NCBI RefSeq assembly: GCF_009914755.1
Contig: NC_060942.1
From: the human T2T-CHM13v2.0 reference genome, Homo sapiens
Length of the DNA: 64,000 nt
Reading direction: 5' to 3' (one strand)
Positions 1 through 15,014 of this stretch are shown piece after piece. The position numbers and the translations under genes are program-made. A model generated the notes under the pieces. That model made no database searches, was not told where the DNA came from, and saw only the letters and a list, made by a program, of their open reading frames with translations. The stretch's first letter is position 1. Each line of letters starts with the position of its first letter.

Positions 1-460
1 AAGACTAACCACGCTGTTCCCTCCCTTCCCTCCCTTACTTCTCCACTGGCTTCCCTGTGACTGAGACACCTGGTTTTCCTCCCCCTCAGACCACTTCTTA
101 GTTTCTCTCACTGACTCCTTTCCTGGGCATGGACCATAGCCATGGAACTGTTCTTTTCTCTCAATGCTAGTTTAGTCACCCTAACACATGCTTTTTAGGA
201 TCACCCCCATAGTCGCTGAGTATTTCCTAACTGGCTTTCCCCCGATCCAACATCAGAGTTTCTCTCTCCACTGAAAAGCCATTTCAGGGTTTTCAATTCA
301 GTGGTTTTCTGTTGTTTAAGGATGAGCCAAATGATATGTTTAGTTTTTCACAACGCAAAATCATTTTGCTTTTACCAAAATATATTTCCTATAATATATT
401 AATACATGATATAAGCATTACTAAAATAATATTTTAGTAGAGTAATTTGATAAATGCATT

Positions 461-716
461 GTTTTAACTTTTCTTTTCAGTTAGGGTACGTGTGCAGGTT
501 GGTTACATAGGTAAACTTGTTTCCTGGGGGTTTGTTGTACAGATTATTTCATCACCCAGGTATTAAGCCTAGTATCCATTAGTTATTCTTCCTGATCCCC
601 TCCCTCCTCCCATCCTTCGATAGGTCCCAGTGTATGTTGTTCCCCTTTATGTGTCCATGTGTGGTTATCATTTTGTTCCCACTTGTAAGTGAAAACGTGC
701 AGTCTTTGGTTTTCTC
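461..716 (-). mobile_element. L1 3' end fragment (older L1PA/L1PB type)
   Basis: Reverse-complement L1 3'UTR motifs: gtgtgcaggttggttacataggtaaac, atcacccaggtattaagcctagta, cccacttgtaagtgaaaac. Confidence 0.85.
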
Positions 717-1370
717 AATCCAGTGTTGTATAAATGGAATTTATCCTTTCCACCCTGCCTCCAGCCCACCAAACCTACCTCTCCTGCTCACTCCCCCACT
801 TCACCAGCAGCAGCATTCTTTCTTAATTATAATAATTAACTGAAAGAATGAACACTTATCTAATGGCGATTTTCAGACCCTCCTTCGGCTCTCTGGAGAA
901 CAGAAAACTTAACCCACTTGAAGGAGTGATGGGCGGAGGAGGGATTGAAGCTTCTGCTTCCTTGGTCAGACTGGGTGCTGGTGCTTCCTACGCAGCCTCC
1001 TGGAAGTGGCTTTCAGGTTGGCCTTTTCTTCATAGGAAGAACTCGAGGGCTTTCCATCAGCAAATCTTCCTTCACAGTCAGCCTGATCTCCCTCACTGTT
1101 GCTTTTATCACCTCCTGCCTCTGCTCAGCAGTTGTCTGCTCACATACGGACTCGGTCCTACGAGTATTTGTTGAGCATGCACTTACCCACGTGCCAAGTC
1201 CCATGCCAAGCAAAGGAGGCTTATTACCACCAAAAAGGAGTAAGAAGTGTCGTTTAAGATATAAACCACACAGGTACTGTAATGAAGTTATACAGATGTT
1301 ACAGAGCACCTAAGATTCTTATGAGAACTTTAAAATATGCAAGCTTACTTCTCTTTAAAGTGAAAGTTAA

Positions 1371-1576
1371 ATGAGTTTCCGTCTCTACAAAAAAAAAAAA
1401 ATTAGAAAATTAGCCAGGCATGGTGGTGCACAGCTACCCTCCCAGTCAATAGGCTGAGGCGGGATCCTTTGAGCCCAGGAGGTTAAGGCTGCAGTGAGCC
1501 ATGATGGTACCACTGCACTTCAGCCTGGGTGACAGAGTGAGACCCTATCTCTAAAAAATAAAAATAAAATGTTTAA
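1371..1576 (+). mobile_element. 5'-truncated AluJ (linker plus right monomer)
   Basis: Alu right-arm sequence with A tail; 14-bp TSD aaagtgaaagttaa at 1357-1370 and 1577-1590. Confidence 0.92.
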
Positions 1577-2419
1577 AAAGTGAAAGTTAACACAGTTCCT
1601 TCACTTTCATTACCTCTGTCTTCACCAGATCACCTTCCCACCAATACCCTTTCTTTGGAAACTGAGTGAGAGCACACTGCAGAGGTTAACCAAGCTGAAC
1701 ATTTCTTGTGACCCCAATATTGTACAGCAAAGTGCTAAGTGATTCTGCAGTCAAGGGTTACATGCAATACATCCTCAATGTTGCCTCACATCTAAGAGCA
1801 TAATTAATAGCAGTTTTATGTTCATCTTCCTTCCTACTCAACCATTACACACCAAGTCAGTGTAGTCGAATCCAATCCCCTTGGATACTCCAAGAAAAAA
1901 ACCTCTCCTCTTTCAACCGTTTCTCCTAATTCTGTAGTAATATAAGGAATGCATTCCAAGTTTTTAATATTACCAAGGACCAAAAACAACTCTACTGTAC
2001 CCACCACCTGTTTGTCACCTTAACCTTTTTAGGTGGAAGAGATTAGAAAACCGAAGAGCCACACTGCACTTATTTCAGCCAAGGACTGAAACTGGAGCCT
2101 GCCACAAGCATCTTCTAGAACAGCTCCAACAGAAGGATCCAGGAGATGGGCCACCAGCAAGTCATAGTGGAGTCCAAACAAGTGTGAAGTGAGAGCGAGT
2201 CTTCAGCATGGGAATGGCCGAGTGGGTCGTGGTGACCAGCTGCCTTCCTCTGACTGTTAAGTACAGCAGTCTCAACAGTAACAATGACCAGGCCTTCCCT
2301 TTATTTAGTTCCACCTCGGGGCATTGGCGCATTAAGAATGTCCCTCTAAAGGCATATGTAAGATAAAGCACACTTCGCACTTTAACCAGTGACTAAGGGA
2401 GATCAAAAGCAGGGGACAA

Positions 2420-3760
2420 TACCCACCCGGAATTTGCGACCTCGCGAAAACGCTCTCACCAATCCCGCAGGTAAGTGCGGCGCTGGCCCAGGTGTGCCCA
2501 GCTCGACTCGCGTCCACCTGGGACCAAGCGGGCCCAAGAAGGCCCGGAGAGCAGGCGAGGGCGACTGTGGCCGGCGCGCCCCCCGCAGTTCCAGGCGGTG
2601 GCAGGAGCCTGAGAGCCGCCGTCCCAGGCTGGCCAGGCGCCCGCCCGCCCTGCGCGCACTCCCTGGGCTCCCGCTCCCGAGGCTGGGCAGAACTCGCAGA
2701 GGAAGACAAGGGCAGAAAGCGGGTGGAGGGAGGCAGCGCTCGCCCGTCCGGGCACACGACACTTGTCGGCTGAGGGGGACACGCGGGCAGACGGGGGCGT
2801 TAGCCCCAGAGGAAACAAAAGCCAAATGCCCACCGCCGGGCGCTCGATGGCCGGAGGACTGCCTGGGGGCCCTCAGGAGTCCCGTCCCGTCCCGCTCCCC
2901 CGGTCCCAGGCTGCGCTGGCTCCAGGGCGCCCAGGTAGCCGCGCCTGGCACCCCGACCCTGCCCTCGCGGCTGACCGAGGCGCCGGGCTCTGCGGCGGCC
3001 GCGCCCGTCCAAAGTAGGCGACAAGTGAGGCAGCGCCTCTCGCGGGGAGCCCGGCGCGCGCCCCGGCGGCGAAAGAGAAAGAGAAAGAGCCTGGGCCGGG
3101 ACCGGGGCTATCCCCAACCGCCACCGCCCCCACCGGCCCGGCCCTCGCCGCGGGAGTCGTGCAGGCCCCTCTACCTGCCCGGGGATGGGGCCACCCCGCG
3201 CGGCGGCGGCCGTGGGCACCCACGCGGGCTCGCGACCATCCCACGCGGGCGGCGGCGTCCTTCTTACCCCCAGCGGAGCGGCGCCTGCCCGCAACGCCGA
3301 CCGAGCTACAGGCGGGGGGCGAGTCGGAGCGCGAGGTTCCGCCAGCCCAGGCTGCGGCGCCGCTGCCCCGCGGTGCCCGGCGGGAGGGGCGCGAGGGTGC
3401 ACGCGCGGGGTGGGGGCGCGGGAGCCGCCCCCTGCCCGCCCCGCGCGCATGCTCCCGCCGCACCTGCCTCGCTCAGTGTTCCACACCCCGGGGAGCCGGG
3501 TGGCGCTGGGCCCGCCGAGGTCGGGGCTTTCCCATGGGAGGGAGGTGGCTGCGGCGGAATTTTCAGATGCGTCCTTCTCTGTATTCGTTCCCTGGGAAGG
3601 ATTCCCCCAAATCTTGGCTACTTCCTGCCTGCCAGCTTGCTCCCTGGCAGCGAAGTCCCAGTAGCTCACCCATGCTTCATCCCAGCTCTTGGGGTTCACC
3701 GTCTGAAGGCTCTCTCCTCCGGATCCCTCTCGGTCCTGCTGCTCGCTCCGATTTTGCAAC
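2420..3760 (-). promoter_or_regulatory. L3MBTL4: CpG island promoter with probable non-coding first exon(s) of a minus-strand gene (likely L3MBTL4)
   Basis: Very GC/CpG-rich 1.3 kb with GC boxes. Minus-strand donors: GGG|GTAAGA (3262-3270), TGG|GTGAGC (3664-3672), CAG|GTAGAG (3169-3177), TTG|GTGAGA (2454-2462). The island itself is clear; the gene name rests on recalled linkage to RPL6P27, not on coding sequence. Confidence 0.6.
3523..3532 (+). promoter_or_regulatory. NF-kB consensus site
   Basis: GGGGCTTTCC matches GGGRNYYYCC, within the island; motif match only. Confidence 0.4.
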
Positions 3761-4418
3761 CTCCCCCACTCCCCTTTCCTGCTCTTGACTTTGCTACTCA
3801 CGAGTACCTGGATACCATTTCCAAATAAAAGAATACTCTTTCCAAGTGGCAAGCAGTGTTTACTGACCCTGTTCTAACTGCTTGGAATTGAGCAGGAAAC
3901 AGGAGCTGGGTAGATCCTGCCCTCATGGAACTTATGGCCTTACTGGCTAGCTTTGGCCTTTCTCAAAGCATTGTCTCCCAGTTTGGGAGGACTGTATTAA
4001 ATCATTTATTTTGGCTTACAAATAAAGGTAGCTGATAATTGAAGACTATATGTTGTGACTTTTGAATGAAATGTTCTTTCATAGGACGCCTTGTGTATAA
4101 ACCCTAGTATGCAAATAATAAATAGTAGGTACTAAATAAGTATTAGTTTGTTGCTTTCAGCAGGAAATTGAATCATTTAGCAGGATTAACAATGATACCA
4201 TCCAAAATGATCTTTTTGGTTTGTCGTGGGCTACCATAAACAGAGAATGAAAACTTGCTTTTTAGGTGAGACTGGGCATTGTTGAAACATAATTTCGTGT
4301 CCTTACTGAAAAGAGAAATATAAACCCCTTTGCTAATGAAGTTTTTAAACTAGGAACAATGATCATAGAAATTTGTAAGTGCAAACACACGATTTGTGTT
4401 CTGTGCTCTAGTCAGTTA

Positions 4419-4840
<422 letters not shown>

Positions 4841-5912
4841 TTAACATTGTGCTAAGGACTTACAGTGTTGCATTACTGTGACAATGGGCATGCCTGCAGG
4901 TACCACCTTTGGTTGGATACTTGTTCACCAGATTGGATGAAATTAGAACGGGACTCAGCAGGTGAGAGTTCCACCTCCCTGCTACTCACAGGAACACGGA
5001 TACCATTTTTGGTGAAGGATAAAGTGCTTCAATTATTGCAGTGTATCCCCAGTCCATCCCAGAGGTATTTATTTATCATTGGAGATTCTAGGTATTAGTA
5101 ATAGAGATATCAAAATGTCCCCAGCACAGAAAGAGTTAAGTGCACTTCTGGTTCCAGGAGCCCTTCAGAAAAGTGAATATTGATGTTATAATATATGAAA
5201 TCAAAGAAGAAAGCTGGATTGAAATCCAAATAAAGTGAATTTACATCAGCTTATCTTCACTTCTTGGGGGGAAACAATTGTTTTTATAACATGTTTATTG
5301 ACTATATTTGGTTTAAGTTTATGAAAGCAGACACACTGTTTTCAGGGGCTGGGTTTACATAAGGAAAAGGATACACCAATGAAACAAGTTGAAACAGGCA
5401 GGAAACCTCATCTACAGCTACTTAAATGTAAGTGCATAGGTGCATAGTGCTGACAACATATGATTCTGTTCAGAGAAGCTGACATCTGTCTTAAACTACA
5501 CTGTTATTCAAATTTTATGGAAATATAAGCAGGAACGCATTAGTACACTTCTTACAAAATTTTTGAAAGCTGTTGTAGTAAATCCCTTTTATCTGAACGG
5601 CTGCAGATTAAAATGAAATAGCCATATTGTTGATTTTTATAACTTTGCTAATGATCCATCATGAGCAAAGGGGTTTATAGCATTGGTAGTTGCTAGGCAT
5701 TTTACTTTTATAATTCAGTTGAATCCAACCAACTCTCAATGCAAAGTTGACCAGATAGACAAGGATGGTTTATTGTTAAGATAGAAATTTCTGATGGCAT
5801 GATACAGAGAACCCCTTTCTGGAGGTCATCAAAACATAACAGGCACAGCAGTCCTATAATGTGTCCATCTATTGTCAATGAAAATGAAACTTTCCACCTG
5901 CTAAGATAGTGA

Positions 5913-6298
<386 letters not shown>

Positions 6299-6381
6299 TA
6301 TATTTCTTTTCTAAGTAGGATTAAATTACATTGCTTTATTATTTGATCAATAGCAGGATTGGCTCTTGGTAGCAGTGTGGG

Positions 6382-6575
6382 TTTTTTCTGTGTTTTTTTG
6401 AGACAAGGTCTCGCTTTATCACCCAGGCTGGAGTGCACTGGTGCCACCACAGCTCACTGCAGCCTTGACCTCTGGGCTCAGGTGATCCTCCTGCCTCAGC
6501 CTCCTGGGTAGCTGGGACCACAGGTGTACAGCACTATGCCTGGCTAATTTTTAAACTATTTGTAGAGATGGGGTT
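6382..6575 (-). mobile_element. Alu right monomer (FRAM/partial AluJ)
   Basis: gagacaaggtctcgctttatcacccaggctggagtgc...tttgtagagatgggg. Confidence 0.88.
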
Positions 6576-6974
6576 TAATATGTTTTTAAGACTTGAGATT
6601 GTTTCTTAGCATATATTTTGAATATGACCATTTGGGAGAATTTAACACAGAGTGAATTTCTTTATATGCTTTGGTATAACTGAGGAGAAGTTATCTTAAC
6701 AGAATTCTATACTTGCTTGGACAAGCAAATTTTCCACAGCAACCAAAAATATTTCATTAGTCACTATCTTCAACAACTATTATCATCAAGTTTATTTTCA
6801 TGTTAATGCCACTGTTAATAATTTTCTATGTTACAGTTGTGTTTTCCTACATGGATGGTCCAATATTAAGCTTCCTTTAGTGGGTCGAGGTATAAATAAT
6901 TGCATAGCATACTATTTAAATGTAAATACTGGTTCAGAAAGAAGTGTAAATTATATTGAATAATTAAAAATAAT

Positions 6975-7114
6975 TTTATTTATTTATTTACTTTGGTAGA
7001 GATAGAGTCTTACTGTTTTGCCCAGGCTGGTCTTGAAATCCTGGCCTCAAGCCACCCTCCGGCCTTGGCCTCCCAAAGTATTGAGATTACAGACATGAGC
7101 CACCATGCCCAGTC
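6975..7114 (-). mobile_element. FLAM (Alu left monomer)
   Basis: Single left monomer with T-rich tail. Confidence 0.88.
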
Positions 7115-7766
7115 TAAAACCAATTTTAAATAAATGATATCATAAAGCTTTATAAATAAGATAATATGCACATTATGTGATTTTGAACAAATGACTTAAA
7201 ATCTATATAGAAATCTACTTACTTGTACATTTGTGCTTTCTTTTAGTTGAACAAAGTTATCAAAAAGTAGCTTAAAAATACTCCCTTCAGGTCTACTTCC
7301 TTGAATTTTTAAAAATCCAACATAGACATAATTTTTCTGATGATGCTTAGAGTCTGTATAAACTGAACAAGATAAGAATCCTCTTGTCAATAAAAAAAAA
7401 AAAAGCTTCACTTCCCACTACAACCAATACCGAATAAGCTAATGGCATTTAAAGAAAGGCATGAAAACTCCAGAAGGAAAAATAGCAGTCTCTTTAATCC
7501 TATTTTCATAGTTATTGATGGTACAACCATGCTATCTCAAAGTCAAAGATCTGGAAGAAGAAAACCTGAAAATTTGATGATGGGAATTCTTGAATAGCAA
7601 TATGCCCCCATTAACTGTAGCTAGACACAAATTCTCTTAAAAATAGCAGGTAGTATAATACAGACATACCTCGGAAATATTACCAGTCTGGTTCCAGACC
7701 ACCACAATAAAATGAATATAGCATGAAGGAAATCACACAAATTTTTTGGTTTCCCAATACATATAA

Positions 7767-8869
<1,103 letters not shown>

Positions 8870-9392
8870 AAAAGTGGAGTTTATACTATAGTCTATTAAG
8901 TATGCAATAGCATTGTGTCTAAAAATGTACATATCTTTATTTTAAAATACTTTATTGCTAAATAATGCTAATGATCATCTGAGCCTTCAGCAAGTCATAA
9001 TCTCTTTGCCCATGGAAAGTCTTGTCTTGATGTTGATGGCTGCTGACTGATCGAGTTGGTGCTTGCGGAAGACTGGGGTGGCTGTGGCAATTTCTGAAAA
9101 TAAGACAACAATGAAGTTTACTGCACCAATTGACTCTGCCTTTCACAAAAGATTTGTCTGTTGTATGTGATGCTGTTTGATAGCAATTTACCCAAAGTAA
9201 AACTTCTTTCAAAATTGGAGTTAATCCTCTCAATGCCTGCCAATGATTTATGAGCTACATTTATATAATATTCTAAATCATTTGTTTTCATTTCAGTGTT
9301 CACAGCAGCTTCACCAGGAGTAGATTCCATCTCAAGGAACCATTTTCTTTATTTATTCTTAAGAAGGTGCTCTCCATCCACTCAAGTTTTGT

Positions 9393-9697
9393 TTTTGTTT
9401 ATTTTTTGAGACAGGGTCTTGCTCTGTTGCCCAGGCTGGAATGCAGTGCCACAAACACAGCACACTGCAGCCTCGACCTCCTGGACTCAAGCAATCCCTC
9501 CCACATCAGCCTCCTGAGCCTGCTGAGTAGCTGGAACTACAGGCAAATGCCACCATGCCCATCTTTTTTTTAATTGTTTTTATTTTTTTATTTTTTTTTA
9601 AGTAGAGATGAGTTCTCAAACTCTTGGGCTCAAGCGATCCTTCTGCCTCTGCCTCCCAAAGTGCTAAGATTACAAGCGTAAGCCACAATGCCTGACC
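9393..9697 (-). mobile_element. AluJ inserted in Tigger1
   Basis: Alu with internal deletion; TSD tcaagttttgt at 9382-9392 and 9701-9711. Confidence 0.92.
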
Positions 9698-12600
9698 AAT
9701 TCAAGTTTTGTCATGAGATAGCAACAATTCAGTCACATCTTCTGGCTCCACTTCTAATTCTAGTTTTCTTGCTGTTTCCACCATATGGGTAGTGACTTCT
9801 TCCACTGAAGCCTTGAATACCTCAAGTCATCCATGAGGATTGGAATTAAGTTCTTCCAAACTCCTGTTAATGTTGATATTTTGACCTCCTCTCAAATTCA
9901 TCCACAAGAGTTAGAATAAACTTCTTTCAAACTCCTGTTAGTGTTAATATTTTGACCTCCTCCCATGAATCACAAATGTTCTTAATGGTACCAAAAATGG
10001 CAAATCCTTTCCAGAAGGTTTTCAATTTACTTTTTCCAGATTCATCAGAAGAATCACTATCTATGGCAGCTATAGCCTTAGGAAATATATTTCTTAAATA
10101 AATAAAAAGACTCAAAAGTCAAAATTACTCTTTGACCCATGGACTGCAGAATGAATGTTGTGTTTGCAGGCATGAAAACAACATTCATCTATTTGTACAT
10201 CTCCATACAGCTATTTGGTGACAAGGCGCATTGTTAATAAGCAGTAATATTTTGAAAGGAATTTTTTTTCTGAGCAATCGGTCTCAACAATGAACTTAAA
10301 ATATTCAGTAAACCATGCTGTAAACAGAAGTGCCATCATGCAAGCTTGGTGTCCCATTTATAGAGAACAGGCAGAGTAGATTTAGCATAATCCTTAGAGG
10401 CCCCAGGATTTTTCCAAATTTACCATTTGGAACATTGGCTTCAACTTAAAGTCACCAGCTGCATTAGCCCTTAACAAGAAAGTCAGCCTGTCCTTTGAAG
10501 CTTTGAAGCCAGGCCTTGACTTCTCCTCTCCAGCTATGACAGTTCTAGATGGTATGTTTTTCTAATAGAAGGCTGTTTCTTCTACATGGAAAATCTGTGG
10601 TTTGCTGTAGCCACTTTCATTAATGATCTCAGCTAGATCATCTGAATAACCTGCTGCAGCTTCTGCATCAGCACTTGCTGTTTCACCTTGCACTTTTATG
10701 TTATGGAGACAGCTTCTTTCCTTAAACCTCATGACCCAACCTCTGCCAGCTCCAAACTTTTCTTCTGCAGCTTCCCCACCTCTCTCAGCCTTCATAGAAT
10801 TGAAAAGAGCTAGGGCCTTACTCTGGATCAGGTTTTGGCTAAAGGGAATGTTGTGGCTGGTTTGATCTTCTATCCAGACCACTCAAACTTTCTCCATATC
10901 AGCAATAAGACTGTTTTGCTTTCTTGACAGTCACGTGTTTACTGGAGTGGCATTTTAGTATCCTTCAAAAACTTTTTCTTTGTGTTCACAACTTGGGTAA
11001 TTGGCAAGAGACACCTAGCTTTCCTTCTATTTGAGCTCTCAACATGCCTTCCTCAATTAGCTTAATCCTTTCTAGTTTTTGATTTAAACTGACAGACACA
11101 GGACTTTTCTTTTGGCTTGAACACTTAGAGATCATTGCAGGATTACCAATTGGCCTAATTTCTATATTGTTGTGTCTCAGAGAGTAGGGAGGTCCAAGGA
11201 GAAGGAGAGAGATGGGGGAAATGGCTGGTCAGGGGAGCAGTCAGAACACACACAACATTTATTGATTAAGTTTGTCATTTTGTATGGGCTTGGTTCCTGG
11301 CACCCCAAAACAATTACAATTGTAACATCAAAGATCACTGGTTACAGATCATCCTAAAAGATATAATAATAATAATAATAAAGTTTGAAATGTTACCAAA
11401 ATGTGGCACAGAGATAGGAAGTGAGCACCTGCTTTTGGAAAAATGGTGCTCATAGATTTGCTTGATCCAGGATTGCCACAAACCTTCATTTGTAAAAAAT
11501 GCAGTATCTGCAAAGCACAGTACAGTGAAATGCAATAAAATGGGGTGCACCTGTATATAGAGTGCATGCCAGGAGTCAGGAAAGGTAGCTGCTATTTCTG
11601 TCTCTGTCCTTGAGCCATCATGGAAAGAAAACAGCTGGCTCCAAAGATGTGTCTCAGGGCATACCACTTACTTAAGGGATCACCAAGTTCAGGGTGTAGG
11701 TTTAATTCTCAGCATTGTAGGTCCAGAAATGTAACTTTGTTAATGCTCCAAAAAGGGATCAGTCTAAGGAAACGAGCTGAAAACAAGAAGCCTAATTATA
11801 CTGACAGACGTAAATGCCCAGAAGATAAGTATTTTCTGGTCAGCACATTCCCACCAGTATAATGTACAAAAGAAGGCAAATTATGTTAAAAGATTTCCAA
11901 GTGACCATGAAATCAGAACAAGGAGAGCTGGCTGCTCTTAATGGGTAGTGTCAACAAGGAACAACTTGTCTGGTACAACGGTTATAGAGGGATGTCTCCA
12001 GCCAAGAGACTCAAGGGCTGTGTCAGCTGAATATTACGCTATTCATGGAGCTCCAGTGTTCTTTTGCATTCTAAGCTTTCGATATTCCCTAGTCACCAAC
12101 TTGATTGGATTGAGGTGTTTTTTTTAAACTCCATCAGCAATATCAAACCATCTCTTGGAGAGAGCTACTTCTGCAGAATGATAAGCTCTCTTATGTTTTA
12201 TTTTTGGCTCTCTCAGAGGATGGCTTTTTCTTTACTTTTTCTTGAACCAACCTCAAAAATCCAAAAGCATCTGACTGTCATTGCTTGTGTACTAATAGCC
12301 TAAATCCAAACTTGTTCAAATTATTTTCATTTAAAGTGTTCCCCTTTATATTAAGCCTTTAATCAAAGTAAAAAAGACTAGTATTTTTGCTTAGTATGTT
12401 ACCTTAATACCTCATATTTCATCAAAAAATACTGTCCAATTTTTTCAGACTGAATATGCATTTGTTCTTTTTCATTTTGATGCCCAAAATGCAAATTCTT
12501 ATAAAACTGATTTCTAATTTTAGAAATGTGAGTTGATCTAAAACTGCTAACATGACATTTCCATGAGAAAGTAAAAAGACTTTATCCATCTTCATAAAGA

Positions 12601-12794
12601 TATAAGTTGCATGTTTCTCTAGATATTCAGATTACCCATACACAGTGAGAGTACTGTATTACACACTTGTATTGAAATTAAATACTTCAGATTTCCCTAT
12701 GTCTGGATTGAATACAACTAACTTACTTTATATTGTTGAGCTATTAATATTACCCTGAAAATAGGGTATATTATATTACATACATAAATATATA

Positions 12795-14333
12795 CAGTCA
12801 TGCACTGCATAATGATGTTTAGGTCGATGACAAACTGCATAGGACAGTGGTCCCAGAAGATTATAATGGAGCTGAGAATTGCTTATTTCTAGTGACTCTG
12901 TAGCCGTAATGTAGCATACAATGAATTACTCAAGTGTTTGTAGTGCTGGTGTAAACAAATGTACTGCACTGTCAGTTGTATATAACACATATAAATCATG
13001 TACAGTACATAATACTTGACAATAATAATACACAAATATGCCACTGGTTTATGTATTTAGTATACTATACTTTTTATTGTTTTAGAGCACACTTTTACTT
13101 ATTTAAGAAAACGAGTTAACTGTAAAATAGCCTTAGGCAGCTCGTTCAGGAGGGATTCCAGAAGGAGGCAATGTCATCCTAGGAGATGACAGCTCTATGC
13201 GTGTAATTGCCCCTGAAGACCTTCAAGTGGGACAAGATGTGGAAGTGTAAGACAGTGATGTTGGTGACCTTGATCCTGTGTCACACTGGTGACCCTAATG
13301 TGTGTGTTTTTGTCTTTGTTTTCACAAAAACATTTAAAAAGTTAAAAAAAAAATAAAAAAGAAGAAGACCAGGAGTCACACCTCTAATCCCAGCACTTTG
13401 GGAAATGAGGCCAAGGAGGGAAGATCACTTGCGAGAGGATCCCTTGAGGCCAGGAGTTCGAGACCATCCTGGCCAACGTACGATCCTGTATCTACCAAAA
13501 ATAAAAATAAAAATTACTTGGGTGTGGTGACCCATGCTTATAGTCCCAGCTACTCAGGAGGCTGAGGCAGGAGGATCACTGGAGCCCAGGAGTTTGAGGC
13601 TGCAGTGAGCCAGGATTGCACCACTGTACTCCAGCCTAGGCAACAGAGCAAGACCCTGTCTCCCAAAAAATAAAAAATTAAATTAAATTAAATTTTAAAA
13701 AGAGTTTAAATAAAGGAAAGATTACAGAATAAGGATATAAAGAAATAAAATGTTTTTGTACAGCTGTACAATGTGTGTTTCAAGCTAAGTGTTATAACAA
13801 AAGAGTCAAAAAGTTATAAAAACTCTTTAAAAGTAAAAAAGTTATAGTAAGCTAAAGTTAATTTATTATTAAAGAAAGAAAAATATTTTTTATAAACTAG
13901 CGTAGCCTAAATGTACAGTGTTTATAAATTAGTGTAGCCTAAACATACAGTGTTTATAAAGTCTACGGTGGCAAACAGGAAGGTCCATTCACTCACTGCC
14001 CACTCACTGGCTCACTCAGAGCAACTTCCAGTCCTATAGATCCATATACCGCAAGTGCCCTATACAGGGGTACCGTTTTTAATCTTTCATACTGTATTTT
14101 TACTGTAGTTTTTCTATGTTTAGATACACAAATATTTGCCATTGTTTTCCAATTGCCTACAGTTATCAGTACAATCCCTTTCTGTACACGTTTGTAGACT
14201 AGGAGCAATAGGCCACACCATATAGCCTAGGTGTACAGAAGGCTCTACCATCTGGGATTGTGTATGTATAATCTGTGATGTTTGCACCTGGACCAAATTG
14301 CCTGAGGACCTGTCATTAATGGATGCATGACTG
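12795..14333. mobile_element. Tigger3b/MER7-type non-autonomous DNA transposon
   Basis: TIRs cagtcatgca...tgcatgactg preceded by TA; about 1.2 kb after removing the nested Alu. Confidence 0.88.
13367..13690 (+). mobile_element. AluJ nested in Tigger3b
   Basis: Dimeric Alu inserted in an A-rich tract. Confidence 0.9.
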
Positions 14334-14336
14334 TCT

Positions 14337-14848
14337 TGTGTTATAATAAGAAATATATTTGTCTTTGGTTTCTGTCACACAGCACCTAAAGCTCTCAGAA
14401 TCTCTGGAGTGATAGGAGTGTCATTTTGTATTCATAAGGAGACAACCCCTCCCCCCACCTCCCTGAAACTCCTGCACTCAGGATTCTCCTGGACCTCACC
14501 CTCTGTACCTCTCCATCTAGCGGTTCATTTGTACCCTTTATAATTAATGGGTAGATGTAATTAAAGTGGCTTTGTGAGTGCTGTTAGCCATTCTAGCCAA
14601 TTACGGGAGCCTGAGGAAGGGGTCATGGGAACCCCTGATTTATACTCACTAGGTCAGAAGTATGGAGGCCTGGGACTTGTGACTAGCTTCTGAGTGGAGG
14701 GCAGTCTTATGGGACTGAACTCGTAAGCTGTGGGGTTTGCACCAACTCCATGGAGTTAGTGCCAGAATCGAATTGTTGAACATCCAGTTGATATGAGAGG
14801 AATCAGAGAATTGGTTGTTGGTGTTGGAAAACACCCCAGCTGTAATAT
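14337..14848 (+). mobile_element. MER21-like LTR (internally deleted)
   Basis: tataataagaaatatattt...gagtgataggagtgtc...gggtcatgggaacccctgattta resembles recalled MER21C. Confidence 0.7.
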
Positions 14849-15014
14849 CCCAGAATGGAACAAAACTCACCAATTTAATCTACTTGAACCAACAACATAA
14901 AATATAAGAGTAAGAAAGTTGTTCTTAGCTTTTCAACCTGTATTTCAGCACTAAACTGCTGAGTTCCTTAAGATCTCCTTAAGAAACCACTGTTGATATT
15001 TCTGAGATTCCCTT

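Noticed and set aside
2332-3852. Long ORFs over the CpG island (479 aa +, 350 aa -, others)
   Set aside because: Overlapping on both strands, Arg/Pro/Gly/Ala-rich with no recognisable domain; expected from stop-codon scarcity in GC-rich DNA.
10562-10882. Domesticated Tigger transposase (TIGD-like) gene
   Set aside because: Both Tigger1 copies have multiple stops and frameshifts; only short remnants are open.
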